Shown: one piece after another, positions 12,177-44,149 of the stretch
Layout of the letters: every line of letters begins with the position of its first letter
How positions within the stretch are numbered: the first letter of the stretch is position 1
Assembly: GCF_964355755.1 (NCBI RefSeq)
Contig: NC_092678.1
Span: forward strand, 20,725,365 to 20,789,364
From: Antedon mediterranea
Taxonomy: Eukaryota; Animalia; Echinodermata
Reading direction: 5' to 3'
Length of the DNA stretch: 64,000 nucleotides
The notes under the pieces: model-generated
What the model was told of the DNA's origin: nothing
What the model saw: the letters and a program-made list of their open reading frames with translations, nothing else
Databases searched by the model: none
Position numbers and translations under genes: made by a program

Positions 12177-13327
12177 AATACAGTAGGCCTACTTGATAAC
12201 TTGTTTAGCTGGCACAATTTCAGTAGTCTTTTATATTTTATTTCGGGTTCGTGGAAATAAAATTTTAAAAGAAAGAAACATTTACTACACTACCATAGTC
12301 AGAATACCTATCAGAAATATTGCAATAAATAATATTTTTGAACCAAACAAATTCATTGTATTAAACTTAAACCTCTGTAAGTATATATTATATGATAATA
12401 GGCCTACACACAGATAGTTATCATAACTCATCATGATTTAGAGTCACTCTCTATAAATTAGGTTGAATAAAATACAGTATAAACAAACTCTGTATTAATA
12501 TTGATAATATTTAATAATTGAAAACAAAAATAACATGAATAAACAGTGGGGTTTCTTTATAATGAAAAAAAAACATTCATTTTTTTGGTAATGGGAAGAA
12601 TGTGACCAATGTGGTATAGCTTTTTAAAGCAATAATTCAAATCATTTAATTAAATATGTTGCGTAAATATGAATTGTTGATGGACAATAAGCAATGACGC
12701 ATCGTCTAACAAAGAAAAAATTGGGCGTGTTATAATACCAACAGTCACGTGATAATATTGAACAAAACATAGATTTAATACAAAAATGATTAGGGATTTA
12801 TGTTCGATGATAATCATTAAGGTTAAAAGGTCACATTATAATAAAAACTAAATGAGTTTTAAAAATGTTCGAACAAAGATTTACAATACTAATAAAAAAA
12901 ATGAAATTTATTGTACACAACTGCTGTGTTGGATTGGATATTTTTTAATTTCGTGTTTATTTTTTTTATTATTATTTTAGGAATAAAAGCACACTCCAAT
13001 ACATTACTGTGTATTTTCTTTCTTTTTTTTTATTTTCGAATTATTTGGTTGGTTGGTAATATTCATATTGCGCGCATGTCCGAGTCACAGTCAATTCAAA
13101 CATTTTAATCCGGAAAAAAAAAACACAAACATTAAATTTCAAGACGAGATTTGTATTATCGTAGCTTGTTCCGTATATTCAGTCCAGTTGCCATAACAAC
13201 AAAGAAAACGGATCATTAGTTTAAACTTGGGATTGCATAGAAAAAGACTAAATTATTCCCATTAGGACACTTGTTTCAAAAGAATTTCATTCAGCTGTCT
13301 CAAACAATTATAAATCATATTTAATTC

Positions 13328-13992
13328 AAAGATTGAATCTAGTAATTACTAATTACAGATTGAATCTAGTATTGAAAGATTGAATCTAGTAATCGAAGAC
13401 TCGTTGTAATCGTATGCTAATTCTAGTAATCGAAGATTGAATCTAGTATTGAAAGACTGAATCTAGTAATCGAAGACTCGTTGTAATCGTATACTGAATC
13501 TAGTAACCGAAGATTGAATCTAGTATTGAAAGACTGAATCTAGTAATCGAAGACTCGTTGTAATCGTATACCGAATCTAGTACTCGAAGATTAAATCTAG
13601 CATTGAAAGACAGAATCTAGTAATCGGAATTTCGTTGTAATCGTATTACTGAATCTAGTAATCGAAGATTGAATCTAGTATTGAAAGACTGAATCTAGTA
13701 ATCGAAGACTCGTTGGAATCGTATACTGAATCTAGTAATCGAAGATTAAATCTAGCATTGAAAGACTGAATCTAGTAATCGAAGACTCGTTCTAATCGTA
13801 TACTGAATCTAGTAATCGAAGATTGAATCTAGTATTGAAAGACTGAATCTATTAATCGAAGACTCGTTGTAATCGTATACTGAATCTAGTAATCGAAGAT
13901 TGAATCTAGGCCTATTGAAAGACTGAATCTAGTAATCGAAGATTGAATCTAGCATTGAAAGACTGAATCTAGCAATCGAAGATTGAATCTAG
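13328..13992. repeat. Satellite with 77-bp higher-order unit made of four 17-21-bp subunits
   Basis: GAAGATTGAATCTAGTATT + GAAAGACTGAATCTAGTAATC + GAAGACTCGTTGTAATC + GTATACTGAATCTAGTAATC; unit starts at 13432, 13509, etc. Confidence 0.95.
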
Positions 13993-14884
13993 TGTAGTTA
14001 AAGATTGAATGTACTTATCAATCCAGCTCAATATTAATTATGTATTGTCATGTTTTCTAATAGTAGACATAATTATATTCACAAACACAATATATAACAA
14101 AGGAAAATCAAAATGTAATAAATGTGAGATCTCTGTTATCATTATGTGTTATACAAATAAAATTAATTGAATGTGGCCTACTGTTATATGATTAACTCCC
14201 TAAAGATGAAAATAATATCATACTGTATCAACAGCCGCTACTCAACATGGGTTAAACCATTCCGTAATAGGGGTAGAAAAGTTGGCAATCATAACATAAA
14301 TCATCAATTAAAAAGAATGCAAGATATTTATATTTTGTGTACATTTGTAGGCTATATATTATGTAATTTTCACAGTTAGTTTTTTCTGTCATATATCTAT
14401 ATTTTAAGAGGGTCCCTTCTGAAATCCAACAAATGTTGATACAAAACAATATGTGGCTCTGTTTTAAAGAATTACAATAGCTTTCAAAAACATTGTTTTT
14501 TTATATTTGAAAGAGACTTTAAATTATATTAATTGTTAAATTTAATTTAAGATAAAATATAAATGTTTTTTTTTTGTTAAATTAATTTCACGTTTTGTAT
14601 ATTGAATTTTAATAACAGCTTGTTTTCATAATGTACATATTAATGATTTATTATGTTCGCTTGGAATACTTTTTTAATCTTTTAAAAGTGTTACAGCATA
14701 AATATTATCATGACGCCAAAGTAATTTTCCTTTGTTATTTGGAAGGACAATGGAATCGATGAGACGTGCCATAGGGAAGAGATCGTGGGAATAACCAATT
14801 ATAAATGTTTCCACTGTATTAGTATTACGTATAACCATGGAGAAATATTTTTTCTCGATGGTACAACCAAGGAAGCGTAAAATT

Positions 14885-15152
14885 ACAATGTAACGTCACT
14901 CTTCCCTGGTAAAACGTTATTCCTAAACACTGATAATAAAATAATACGCGACTGATAATAATAATGATGATGATAATTATAATAACCAAATAATATTTTT
15001 AAAGATATAAAGAAATAACATTACTGTAACAATGTAACGTCACTCTTCCCTGGTATAACGTTATTCCTAAACACTGATATTGATAATAAAATAATATGCG
15101 ATTGATAATAATGATGATTATAATAACCAAATAATATTTTTAAAGATATAAA
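14885..15152. repeat. Local tandem duplication (~144-bp offset)
   Basis: ACAATGTAACGTCACTCTTCCCTGGTA...AATATTTTTAAAGATATAA occurs at about 14885 and about 15029. Confidence 0.85.
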
Positions 15153-16571
15153 ATATTAACAAATTTAAATCAATAATCATATACCAATGATATTAATACT
15201 AAAGAAAAAATTAGTAATTGAACCAAATCGATCATTGATTGAGATATAAAAATAAAGTGCACGGAACTATAAGCTGGATTGCACTCAACATTTGTTCCCA
15301 TTCATCAAATGAGCAACAATGAAAAAAAACTTATAATTATTTGTTTGTTTTATTAGTTTCTCCACACATTTTTAAATAAAAGATAACAATTACAAATTGC
15401 AAAATGAAAATAACAATAAAAAAGAAAAACACCAAAAATGTGCGCATGGAGGTCAAAATAAGTTGCGGACAACTTTAAGTTGTGACCACCAGTTAAAAAA
15501 AAAAATGAAGGTATACAATAGCAGTCCGGCTTACATTAAAAATACAGAAGCGGTGCTTAAATTGCTAAGACAATAGTACAATTACAAGATGAACAATAAT
15601 GATAAGGTATATACCGGTATTTCATGGGAAATCCTAATACAATTTAACGCTGTTCAGTAAAATTACTTTAAAACTATAGGATCCAACACTGGATATAAGT
15701 TTACATTTAACTTTAAATTTCCCCAATGAAATTCATACATATACTAAATGATCATTATTTTTAAGTAAGTAATTAAGTAAGTAATTTAAGTAAGTAATCT
15801 AAGTAATTAAAATTATGATACAAGTTTATAATATAAAGAAACACTTTAGTTTTATACATAAATGACTACAAATTAGCAATGTTGAATAGAATATCAGAAA
15901 TGTGTATTTTTCCTTAATGAATTGCTTATACCATAATTTCACCAGTAGCACACAACCATATTTATAATCAGTAAAACAACACATCAGGACTAGAACACTA
16001 AACACAGGTCACAGAGCAAGGAGGATTTGCCTTTTGTTAAAACATCACAATACATGCCTTTTAACTGTTACTTTACTCTATGCTAATAATCTAGATCGCT
16101 ACCATTATTAGAGCAGATAAACTGACTTTACCAAGGCCGTTCTGAAATAAATTCGAATAACAAAAGACTATCACAACAGATGCCACTTGTAATAGCTTAT
16201 TGGTAACTACAGCATTGTCAGTGGTTCATACCAAGGGCCTCGAAGAGTCTATTGTTCGTGATCTGTGTTATGTAGATTTGAGATTTAATTTGTTTAATTT
16301 GAAAGAAAATAATATATAAAATTTCTCCTTAAAAAAAATAGTATTTATTCTCCATTGTTGTGGATTCCACATTGGTGTATGTTTTGTATATTTCATTTTG
16401 TTATTTATATTTATTAATTAATATCTTATTATTATTTTTATTATTTTGTTTATTATTATTTTTTTTTATCTATTTTATATGTATATTTTTCTGCACTAAA
16501 TTATAGTCCTTTTTGTATTAGTTGTAACTTGATGTTGGCTTAAGTAGTTAATCTAAATTCCCATTTTTATA

Positions 16572-16669
16572 TTTTTAGTCGCGACTCTACAGCTCACTAT
16601 GTCGGTCGGTCGGTCGGTAAACACTAACTCAAATTTGAGTACGCGACTGCAGCCATGTATGGCCTTGTT
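16572..16669 (+). mobile_element. Short non-autonomous Helentron/HINE (DINE-1-like) element
   Basis: TTTTAGTCGCG...(GTCG)n...CGCGACT...GCCATGTATGGCCTTGTT: subterminal inverted repeat, microsatellite, terminal hairpin; 5 related copies in the window. Confidence 0.65.
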
Positions 16670-18961
16670 CTTCTTTGTTTTTATATTTTGTTTCTTTGGA
16701 CGCACCTTCACAAGTTGAAGTGTGCCATTGATAAAAAAGTGCAGTGCCAATTAATTACTATAATTGTACAAACAACAATGATTTATTATTAAATTTATCT
16801 ATATGCATAACAAATACGAACAAAAAGTTTATTAACGATTAACTAAAAATATTTTCATCATTTAGTATAACCTTTTTTCCACTTTTCTCTGATTAATCCT
16901 CTCTTCGTTGAATTACGCAAACTTGTATCCCAGTCATCAACACTGTTCTGTTACCACCAGTGAATGGTGTTTTATATACAATAATAGAAATGACTCATTT
17001 CTGTGGTAAAATGTTTAGGTAAATTATTTTTTTTTACTATTTGTACTTTTATAAACCTATTTCATTTGTTATGTAGAAGAAAGGTTAAATGATTTGAAAC
17101 TGAATAGAAAATGTCACAATAACATCGAAAAAACCAACAAATAACAATAGAAACAGAAGAATAACGAAATAACACTAAAAGTGTAATTATTATAGTCAAA
17201 ACAAATAAACAAAACTAGGCTTTCTTATTTTGGAGTCATAATGGGGCTGAGGAAAAAACTACATCTAAACAATGTGGTAACATACAGGCGTCATATGTGA
17301 TACATATGTTACGGTGTATTACAGTATTTGCCTATTATTATACTTGAAAATGAGACGAACAGTATATAGCCTAAAAGAATCGGTTATATCATTGGTGACG
17401 GACAACATGACTCACTAAGCCATAGTTTACAAAACAACTCAATTATTTTTAACAAGCCAACATATTTCATCATCGCATGAATTACTCATTACCAGCCATC
17501 TGATGCTGCAATGTCCCGAACAGCGCCCCGTAGCAATGGTCGATCTACTTAAAAACTGTGTCGCATACAGTGAACGATTTTAATTCATAATCCCTCGGCT
17601 CTTTAAATAGAATGTATCATTGTATGTTATAAACATGGGATTATGTACTGTTTAAAACATATTGAAAAAACACCAGGAAGAACGTTAATAAATGAATGAC
17701 TAAGATAACATTATATAAGGCTGCAAATTGTGCAAAAAAAATGTCAACGAAAGAGACAAAGCAAAAATTCAGTACTATGTTATAAAAATAAATGCATATG
17801 ACAAATATTGAGGGCGTACTTCAAAGATATACCGTCATTCATTTGACCGGAGAACGTAGGTCTACCGCTTCTCTTCGTCTAAGAAGCAAACTTGGGCCTA
17901 CTATACAAATTCCAAAATGAAATTTGATAACAAAAAAGAATTTACTATTACTATCAATTAGTTAATTTGATGAGACACGTTGTTTATTATAGCTCAAATA
18001 CTGGAAGAGGGTAATTGACCAATTAGCGCTCCTGGAATGTTATTGTTAGTTACATCAGGGAAAAGCACTCTTCCCTGGAGTTGCAACTCCCTGGTAACAT
18101 TACTATATTGAGCAAACATACCACAAAAAAAAAGATGCGCACATTGTAAAGCATATTATATATTTTATCTTAAATATCTGATATAATACTTAAAGCATAC
18201 ACAAATAATAAAAAAAGTACTTGAATTTAATTTTTTTACAAAGTATTTTACATGCACACCAATAGTTAAAAGAACCGATTTAATCCTTACTAGCCCACTT
18301 TTTTGGGTGTATATACACCAACTCTGGTTTTCTCCTTGAAATGCAAGCGACTGATGACCAATCGTGGTAGTCTTTTGAAATCATATTTTAACCTCAATTT
18401 GACATGACTGAACAACAACTAGTTGAAATCATCTTAAAACGAACCCCATTGTGTATGTCTTTTTAAAACAACTGTTCCTTAAATTAGCTACAGTAAATCA
18501 ATTTTTAATTTTAATCCTTTTTTATTGATTTCTTATGGAAACTACAATTAACTTGTATACTGTATTTTAAATTTTAAAATAATGGCAATTTGATTGTTTC
18601 AGACTGTAAACAGTAACATACCATTTGTCCGACTCGAAATCTCGTTTGGTCGAACTGAGAGATTTAGACAGTCTCTTTCTTAGTCCGACTCATTAATGGT
18701 GATGTTTCAACGAATATTGAATAGGCTAGGTGGAAAAATGTTAATGTGTTTTTTTTTTTAACTAGTTTTACCTTTTATACATATTTATATATTTGTATCA
18801 AATTTGTAAAATACTACTTTTCAGCCTTCTGGCTGCCGTTGTATTTTTGATGTCGTTTTATGAATAAATATACCTGAAATATATTTGTTGTTTATTGGCT
18901 CTTTGTTTTTAACTTCAAACTTAAGTTTATGTTTCTAATATATATATATATATTTAATATG

Positions 18962-21481
18962 CTAGCTCTTGGATGACGATGATGAACTTTGACCTAAAAC
19001 CTCCATCAATGCTTCAAAATCTTTTCGTCTCCTCTCGTCAGCTTGTTTCCTTTCTTCCATTGAATCTTTGATTAATTCCATCATTTTCATCATACACTTT
19101 CTATCCTCTCTTCGTTGCTCCAAATCCTCTCTTCTTCGCTTCTCTTCAATCATTAAGAATTTCTTATCAGATTCGGCCGTTATATCTTTCATTTTCTTTG
19201 CAAGTGCTTCTACTGTTCTGTCTTTAAGGCTCACACGCTGTCGCTTTTTACCTGCAAATTAAGAATGAAATAATAATTTGTCGAGTCAGAAGAGCAATAC
19301 CATAGATACTAGATAATTATTTTACCACATCCAATGAACACAACATTGATACAAGTTAGAGAGTGGCCTAGAAATAATTATACCTGATCTAGACTGTTGA
19401 CTAGATTCAGAACCTTTTGCTTGATGTGGTTCTCCATCTTTCCCTTGGTTTGTCAGATCTACAAGCAAATAAACATTTGTTTTTACCACAGCTAAATTTT
19501 CAAAAATAATTACTAAATATTAAATCATAATTTGTAACAATTTATACAAAAATCTAACAAGATGCCTCCAAAGGAAAAACAAATTGTGACTGACGGGAAA
19601 TTGTGAAGTGAGCCCTCTATTAATAAATTGGTTGGAATACACTGTATGTAAAACTAATAATTGGGTAATCACAAGTAATCATTTTCAAGGTTGTTCTTCT
19701 TATGAATATTAATGTAGTAACACTGTTACTACATTAATATTCATGAGGGGAAAAAGACAGAAATAAGGATTTGTGGAACTGACATTATTTTATTTAAAAT
19801 ACATAAAATCTTTTCAAATCGGACCAGTTAATTACATTCTCAATTTAAAACAATTCAAAAGGTAAATATAAAAATACCTTCATAAGTGTTTTCTTGAAAC
19901 TGTTTACTTTCTGTATTTCCTACACCACTTGTTTCTCCATCTTTATTTGGAGTATAGTCATCATCGCTAAGTGCAAAGTCTAACAGAGAAAGGAAGAGGT
20001 GACAAAATTCAACATTGGTAATAGCATAAATCATTATATGACAAGTGTCATATGCACATTACATAACCACCTTATTTTGTCACCAACATAATCACCACAA
20101 CCATTTATTGATGTCACATCATCGAAAAATAGTCACATCATTGAAAAGTTGTCACATCATCATCAACAATTTCTCACATTAGCATCAATATCCATCATTC
20201 AATCCTCCAGTTATTGGAAACGCAAAGTTGTCGAGGCCTGTTTAAGATACAGGGAATTTTTTTTTGACAGGAAATTTGGTAAACTTTCATCTCTCTTCAC
20301 CAGATTATAATCGCATGCAAATACACACACACCGGCTAGGTCATGTCATGTCGTGTACTACTGTATGTCTCGACCCAGTTAAATCACACTTTAAAAATAG
20401 CAAATGATCACCAACAATCAGTACTATTTAAGTAAACACAAATCAATATAACTGTATGTCCTTACTTATTGAATTGGAACTGTTTGTATCATCCAGCAGA
20501 GTTTCGTCAATGCTTGAATCTGAAATACAAACAAATAAACAACAATTTATATTATAACAGGGGTTCGAGGCTCACTCACTCCATGGTTCTGGTGGTAGAA
20601 CGAGTCTTCTCGGATAAGGACTATAAACCGTAAGTCCAGTGTACACATCTAGTTCGTGTGCACTTTAAAGAACCTAGTACATGTTTCGAGACGAGTAGGG
20701 GGTTACCCGGGTGTATTAGTACATCACAGCCACTGATCACCAACCTGGGCCCTCTGGGAGACCAGTCTTTGACTGAAGAGGTTACCCAGTATAAATATAA
20801 ATTTCAATCAATCAAACTACAGCTAAAGCTCGGGCCCTAGCCTATATGAAAAAAAATATATGGTACTTTCCAACATAAATCATACACTTTCCAGTGCAAA
20901 CTACCTGTCATTTAGGTTGTGAATTTGTTATTTATTTACACTGGGTAAGGGTAACCTATATAGGCCTATTGAAAAACTACATATTTTTTGGGACTTAACA
21001 AAAACTAGCCTAGGCCCCAGGAGGCCTAAATCATTACTTATTAATTAGGGACTAGGCTTAGTTTAAGATAGGTTCTTCTCACAAGCTTACCATCATCTTG
21101 ACCGTCGCATTCAATTCCACTCATGAAACTGTTCTCTCCTCCTTCTGATTGAGCTTGTTTCTTGTCAACAATCACCTTCTTTAGCATCTCATAAAAAGGA
21201 TATTGTCTCATTACTACTATACGATCTGAGCCATCATTTAATTCAACTTTAGCTCTTTGATACGATCTTCTGAGATCATTGATTTTATTGTGGATTTGTG
21301 GTCCACTTCGTGTTGGGTATCCCAAGTTGGCAAGCCGTGTTGCCAATTCATACCAAGTGTCCAATTTACATCGCTTTTTATTTGAATCTATTTCCTTTCT
21401 CAGATCTGGATCTTTCCATAGTTCTATCAATTCTTTTACTTCTCTGTCAGTCCAGTTGTTTCCTCGTATAGCTTTCAACAT
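18962..21481 (-). CDS. Myb/SANT-like (trihelix/MSANTD-type) DNA-binding protein with C-terminal coiled coil, 5 exons, 303 aa
   Basis: Exons 21481-21091, 20519-20466, 19979-19878, 19458-19384, 19251-18962, all GT-AG, total 912 nt in frame; WTDREVKELIELW...WYELATRL..LGYPTRSGPQIHNKINDLRRSY; NLS-like KKRQR; E/K/R-rich coil. Confidence 0.88.
20559..20815 (+). mobile_element. Deu/Nin-domain SINE (5' truncated)
   Basis: B-box-like GGTTCGAGGC, core TCTCGGATAAGGACTATAAACCG...CACTTTAAAGAACC...TTCGAGACGAGTAGGGG resembling the DeuSINE core; second copy at 40104. Confidence 0.7.
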
Positions 21482-21764
21482 TATTTAGTTTGATGTTTTT
21501 TTAAACAGAACTACTATTCGTTAGGCCTAATACCTAGGCCTAGCTAGGCATATGGGTTGGGTTCCACCGCAGAAAAATGACATCTGTCGCCGACGACAAG
21601 GATGGTGCTGCTCGTCTCGCGTTGCATGCGCGGCGTTTGGTAAAAAACAATTATGTCTCAATTATCGACAGGCGGCGCTATATAGAAAAAAGTACACCAT
21701 GGCGCGCCGAGAGTGCCTTCAATATTTACTGGCAACTATGGAACACATAGAGTGCATTTCGTAC

Positions 21765-22270
21765 AGATACAAATTAAGATACAGATCTTTTATTGTTATA
21801 AAAACCAAAATAGTACAGTATGAAATTTGTCTTCTTGTTGCGAAAAATAATACAACACATGCTAAATAACAACATTATCTACAGTGAAAATACAATTATC
21901 TTATCTAAGTTTATTTTTATTAAAAACACTGACTGCTGAAGGTACAAAGGAATTCCTAAATCGAGTTGTTTTAATACGCATCATTCTTAATCTACTATAA
22001 ACTCTCCATGTAAGGGATGCGTATCATCAGCGATAATGGATTTAACTTTCTTATTTATAAGACCATTGCACATGTTTTCTAATGGGTCTAAGTTTACGTT
22101 TATGATTTTGCTAGCTGTCTTCACTATCCTATTCAGTCTATTGTAATCGGCTTTGTTAATACAGTTACTCCAAAAACAATGCAGCAAAAACAGAGTACAC
22201 ATTGTATTACTTATTCATAAACAGTTTCATCAAAACATTAAATACTTTGAACTTAATCATTCGTGTAAAA
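21765..22270 (-). mobile_element. 3' fragment of a non-LTR retrotransposon (Rex1/L2-like)
   Basis: LNRIVKTASKII...IIADDTHPLH...RIKTTRFRNSFVPSAV typical ORF2 C-terminus, interrupted by a stop; AATAAA then TGTATCT-type tail on the minus strand. Confidence 0.75.
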
Positions 22271-22418
22271 CATCTAGCATATAATCAATAAAAATAATTA
22301 TATAACTGTCAAATAATGGGAGATGAGGTTGCGAAAATGGTGATTGGTGGAAAATAACTACTACGCATATTTAGAATCACTTATTTATTCTCCAGGCCGA
22401 TTTGATGGCATAAAGAAA

Positions 22419-22522
22419 AACAAGGCCAACAGCCATAAGTCGCGTGCTAAAACGCACAGTGATACCGGACCGACAGACAAGACCGACAGACCGACATAGA
22501 GTCGCGTCCACACGACTAAAAA
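22419..22522 (-). mobile_element. Helentron/HINE-like short element, divergent relative in reverse orientation
   Basis: AACAAGGCC...GTCGCGTG...(GACC/GACA)n...GTCGCG...CGACTAAAA is the reverse complement of the 16572 architecture. Confidence 0.55.
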
Positions 22523-22544
22523 GTTACACGTACCGCTTCCAATG

Positions 22545-22635
22545 TTTTAGTCTCTCTACCGCTCACTATGTCGGTCGGTTGGTCGGTAAACACTAAGTTG
22601 AGCACGCGACTGCAGCCATGTATATGGGCTTGTTT
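22545..22635 (+). mobile_element. Helentron/HINE-like short element
   Basis: CTCACTATGTCGGTCGGTTGGTCGGTAAACACTAA...GCACGCGACTGCAGCCATGTAT shared with 16572. Confidence 0.65.
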
Positions 22636-23779
22636 AAATATTAACTTCTTTTTCTCCTATTTTCAAATGGCGGTACTCAGTAAAAAAAAATTAAAAGAAT
22701 TATTAAATTTTCCATCGGAAATGCACGATTACGGTCATCAAGACATGCCCCCTAATAGTATATCTAAAATTATTTTGTGAATGCTCCCCTTGTGGTCTGA
22801 TTTCTAATCTTTATAGCACCCTCTCTTGTTGTTTGGTTGTAATGCTTTCATAAATTCTCCCGATATTTTTTCACTTATCCAAGTTCCAAAAACAAAGCAA
22901 ACAATTGTAAAAATGACAAAATGTTGTTGTCTATTTTGCCTGTAGCAATTCAATAGTGTCATGAAGTGGACGAATAAATATTGAAACATAATTTTTTTAA
23001 ATATATTTTGTTTAGATGGATGTCTGTTCTTCTACTTATTAAGCCATAATAACAAACAAAAATTTAAAATTCGATAACAATGCAACATGCTAATTAACAT
23101 ACTTATTAATTACTGATTGTATAGTGTTCAATATTTACACTTTAGCAACTTAATAATATTTGTACTTGGATACAAAGTCAATATTTTAGAAATAATGACT
23201 GTATTATAATGTATACTGTATTTTAAAATCAAGTAGAAAATAAAAATGTTTGCACAATATTATATTATTGTTCCTTCTTAATAATATTCTCAATTAATAT
23301 TGTTATATAAAAAAAATCAATATTTAACAACAAAATTAATTTACCCTTTCAGAAAATGGAAGATTCCGAACAATAGACCCACAGGTAGGCAATACTAATT
23401 ATGTAAGTTTAACATCTTATTGAAAAATAACAAGAGAATTTTGATCGACCATTCATTGTTTACGTCAAACATCTATATATTGGTTATTCTATGGCTATGA
23501 ATACTTCATTCTTTACGAAAAATCAATTACACCAATAGCATACAAGTTTTATCAATATTAGTTGTCATGCAGAAGCATATTAACTGTGTTAGTCTTTATG
23601 AATTTAAAAAAAATTAATTTATTACAATCAATACCAATTATTGATATATTTATAAAGTCTTGCAACAGATGTCGACTTTCTCATGACTTCACTTTTGAAG
23701 ATGCATTGTTCAGTTGTAACAGAAGACAGTTAATATCTTCGAACTTTACATACATTTGAAAACGCTTAGCAAGAAGAAA

Positions 23780-42770
<18,991 letters not shown>

Positions 42771-44149
42771 CATCACAAGGAGTTTCACCTATTAATATCC
42801 TATTTTATAAAAAAAAAATAGGTATACAAATGATTCCATTAATCATTGTACATGTTTGAGCCCTCAAAGATTTCTATAAATTATAGAACGCATCAAATTT
42901 ACGGTCACAAATGTTAAGACCATTTTAATTAACATATTAGTTCAAAATTCAATTATATTTTTCAATAAAAATTCTCTACAATTACTCACTGCTTTGATTG
43001 ACTTGCATAACCTCCCCGTACAACTGGTATCAATTTCGTCTTCTTTGATGAGAAATTAGCTGATTAAAAAGATAAAATTTAACAATGATTTGATATACAG
43101 TATATAATTAATAAACGAATAGACGTGTAACAATTCATTTGGAAGAAAACAGCAACAAATTCAAATAATTGAATGGTAGATCAAAAACAGCGGCCAACCA
43201 AACAAGTAATATTTATTAATTTAATATACAGTATAAATAAAGTTTTTTTAACTTACCTTCATGAGTTACTAAAATATATGTATAATATAAATTGACCTGT
43301 AAATAAACAAAAAAGTTTATTCTTATTTTTGTGTAGAAAATGTAAAAATTATGCTTCAATGAAATCAAGTGATGTTTAATTTTGATAACTAATTGTCTCA
43401 AGTACTGTAGACTTAGACGGTTTTGCATTATAGTAAATATATGCCTAATATACTATGGTTAGGAAATCTGTTAATTTCATGTGCTTATTAATATTTTCGA
43501 GTACATGGCAAATTTGTTTTTAAGATACATCCTAAAAAAATAAATACAGTAATTCAAATCTCCTAGACCTAGTCATTTTGTTTTATTTGAAAATTGGTAT
43601 TTACAGATATGCTTATGCATTTAAAGTAAATTAAAACTTTAAATCTGTTTTTTTTTTATGGAGGCTTGGGCAATGTTTATGAGAACAATATGCCTACAAA
43701 ATACATCTACATTTATATAAATTATGAACTAGATCGATAAGCTAACATTCAAAATATATGCCAAATCCTAACCACACAATTTGACGCTCCCATGTAGCAG
43801 CTCTGCTATAGTTGTGGTAGGTCACATGACTTAGCATTGCATACCTAGTGGGAGCCTAACAAAAATCTAGTTCATCATGGACGAATTTAGCTAATTCATT
43901 CATTGGTTCAATTAATTGATTAATTGTGGAATGTAAATGTACAAACGAAAGTCAAATTAAACTGACAGAATTAATAATGGTTTGTTTTCTTTTTTGTGTG
44001 TGTAGCAAAACAAGCGACTAGCTAACTTAATTTTAGAAAATAAGTTTCTCTATAAAACTAAAGCAATATCAGAACAGAACTATACGTACCGTTATTAATA
44101 TTAGATATCTATCTTAACGTTTTCAACTCTTGCCGATAGATGATGCAGG

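Noticed and set aside
11852-12260. ORFs with KYGSDMP / HYHI / GHITT repeats
   Set aside because: Products of the 21-bp MITE-derived tandem repeat
10190-13992. Regular repeats as CRISPR arrays
   Set aside because: No unique spacers, units are contiguous and degenerate, no cas genes, eukaryotic context
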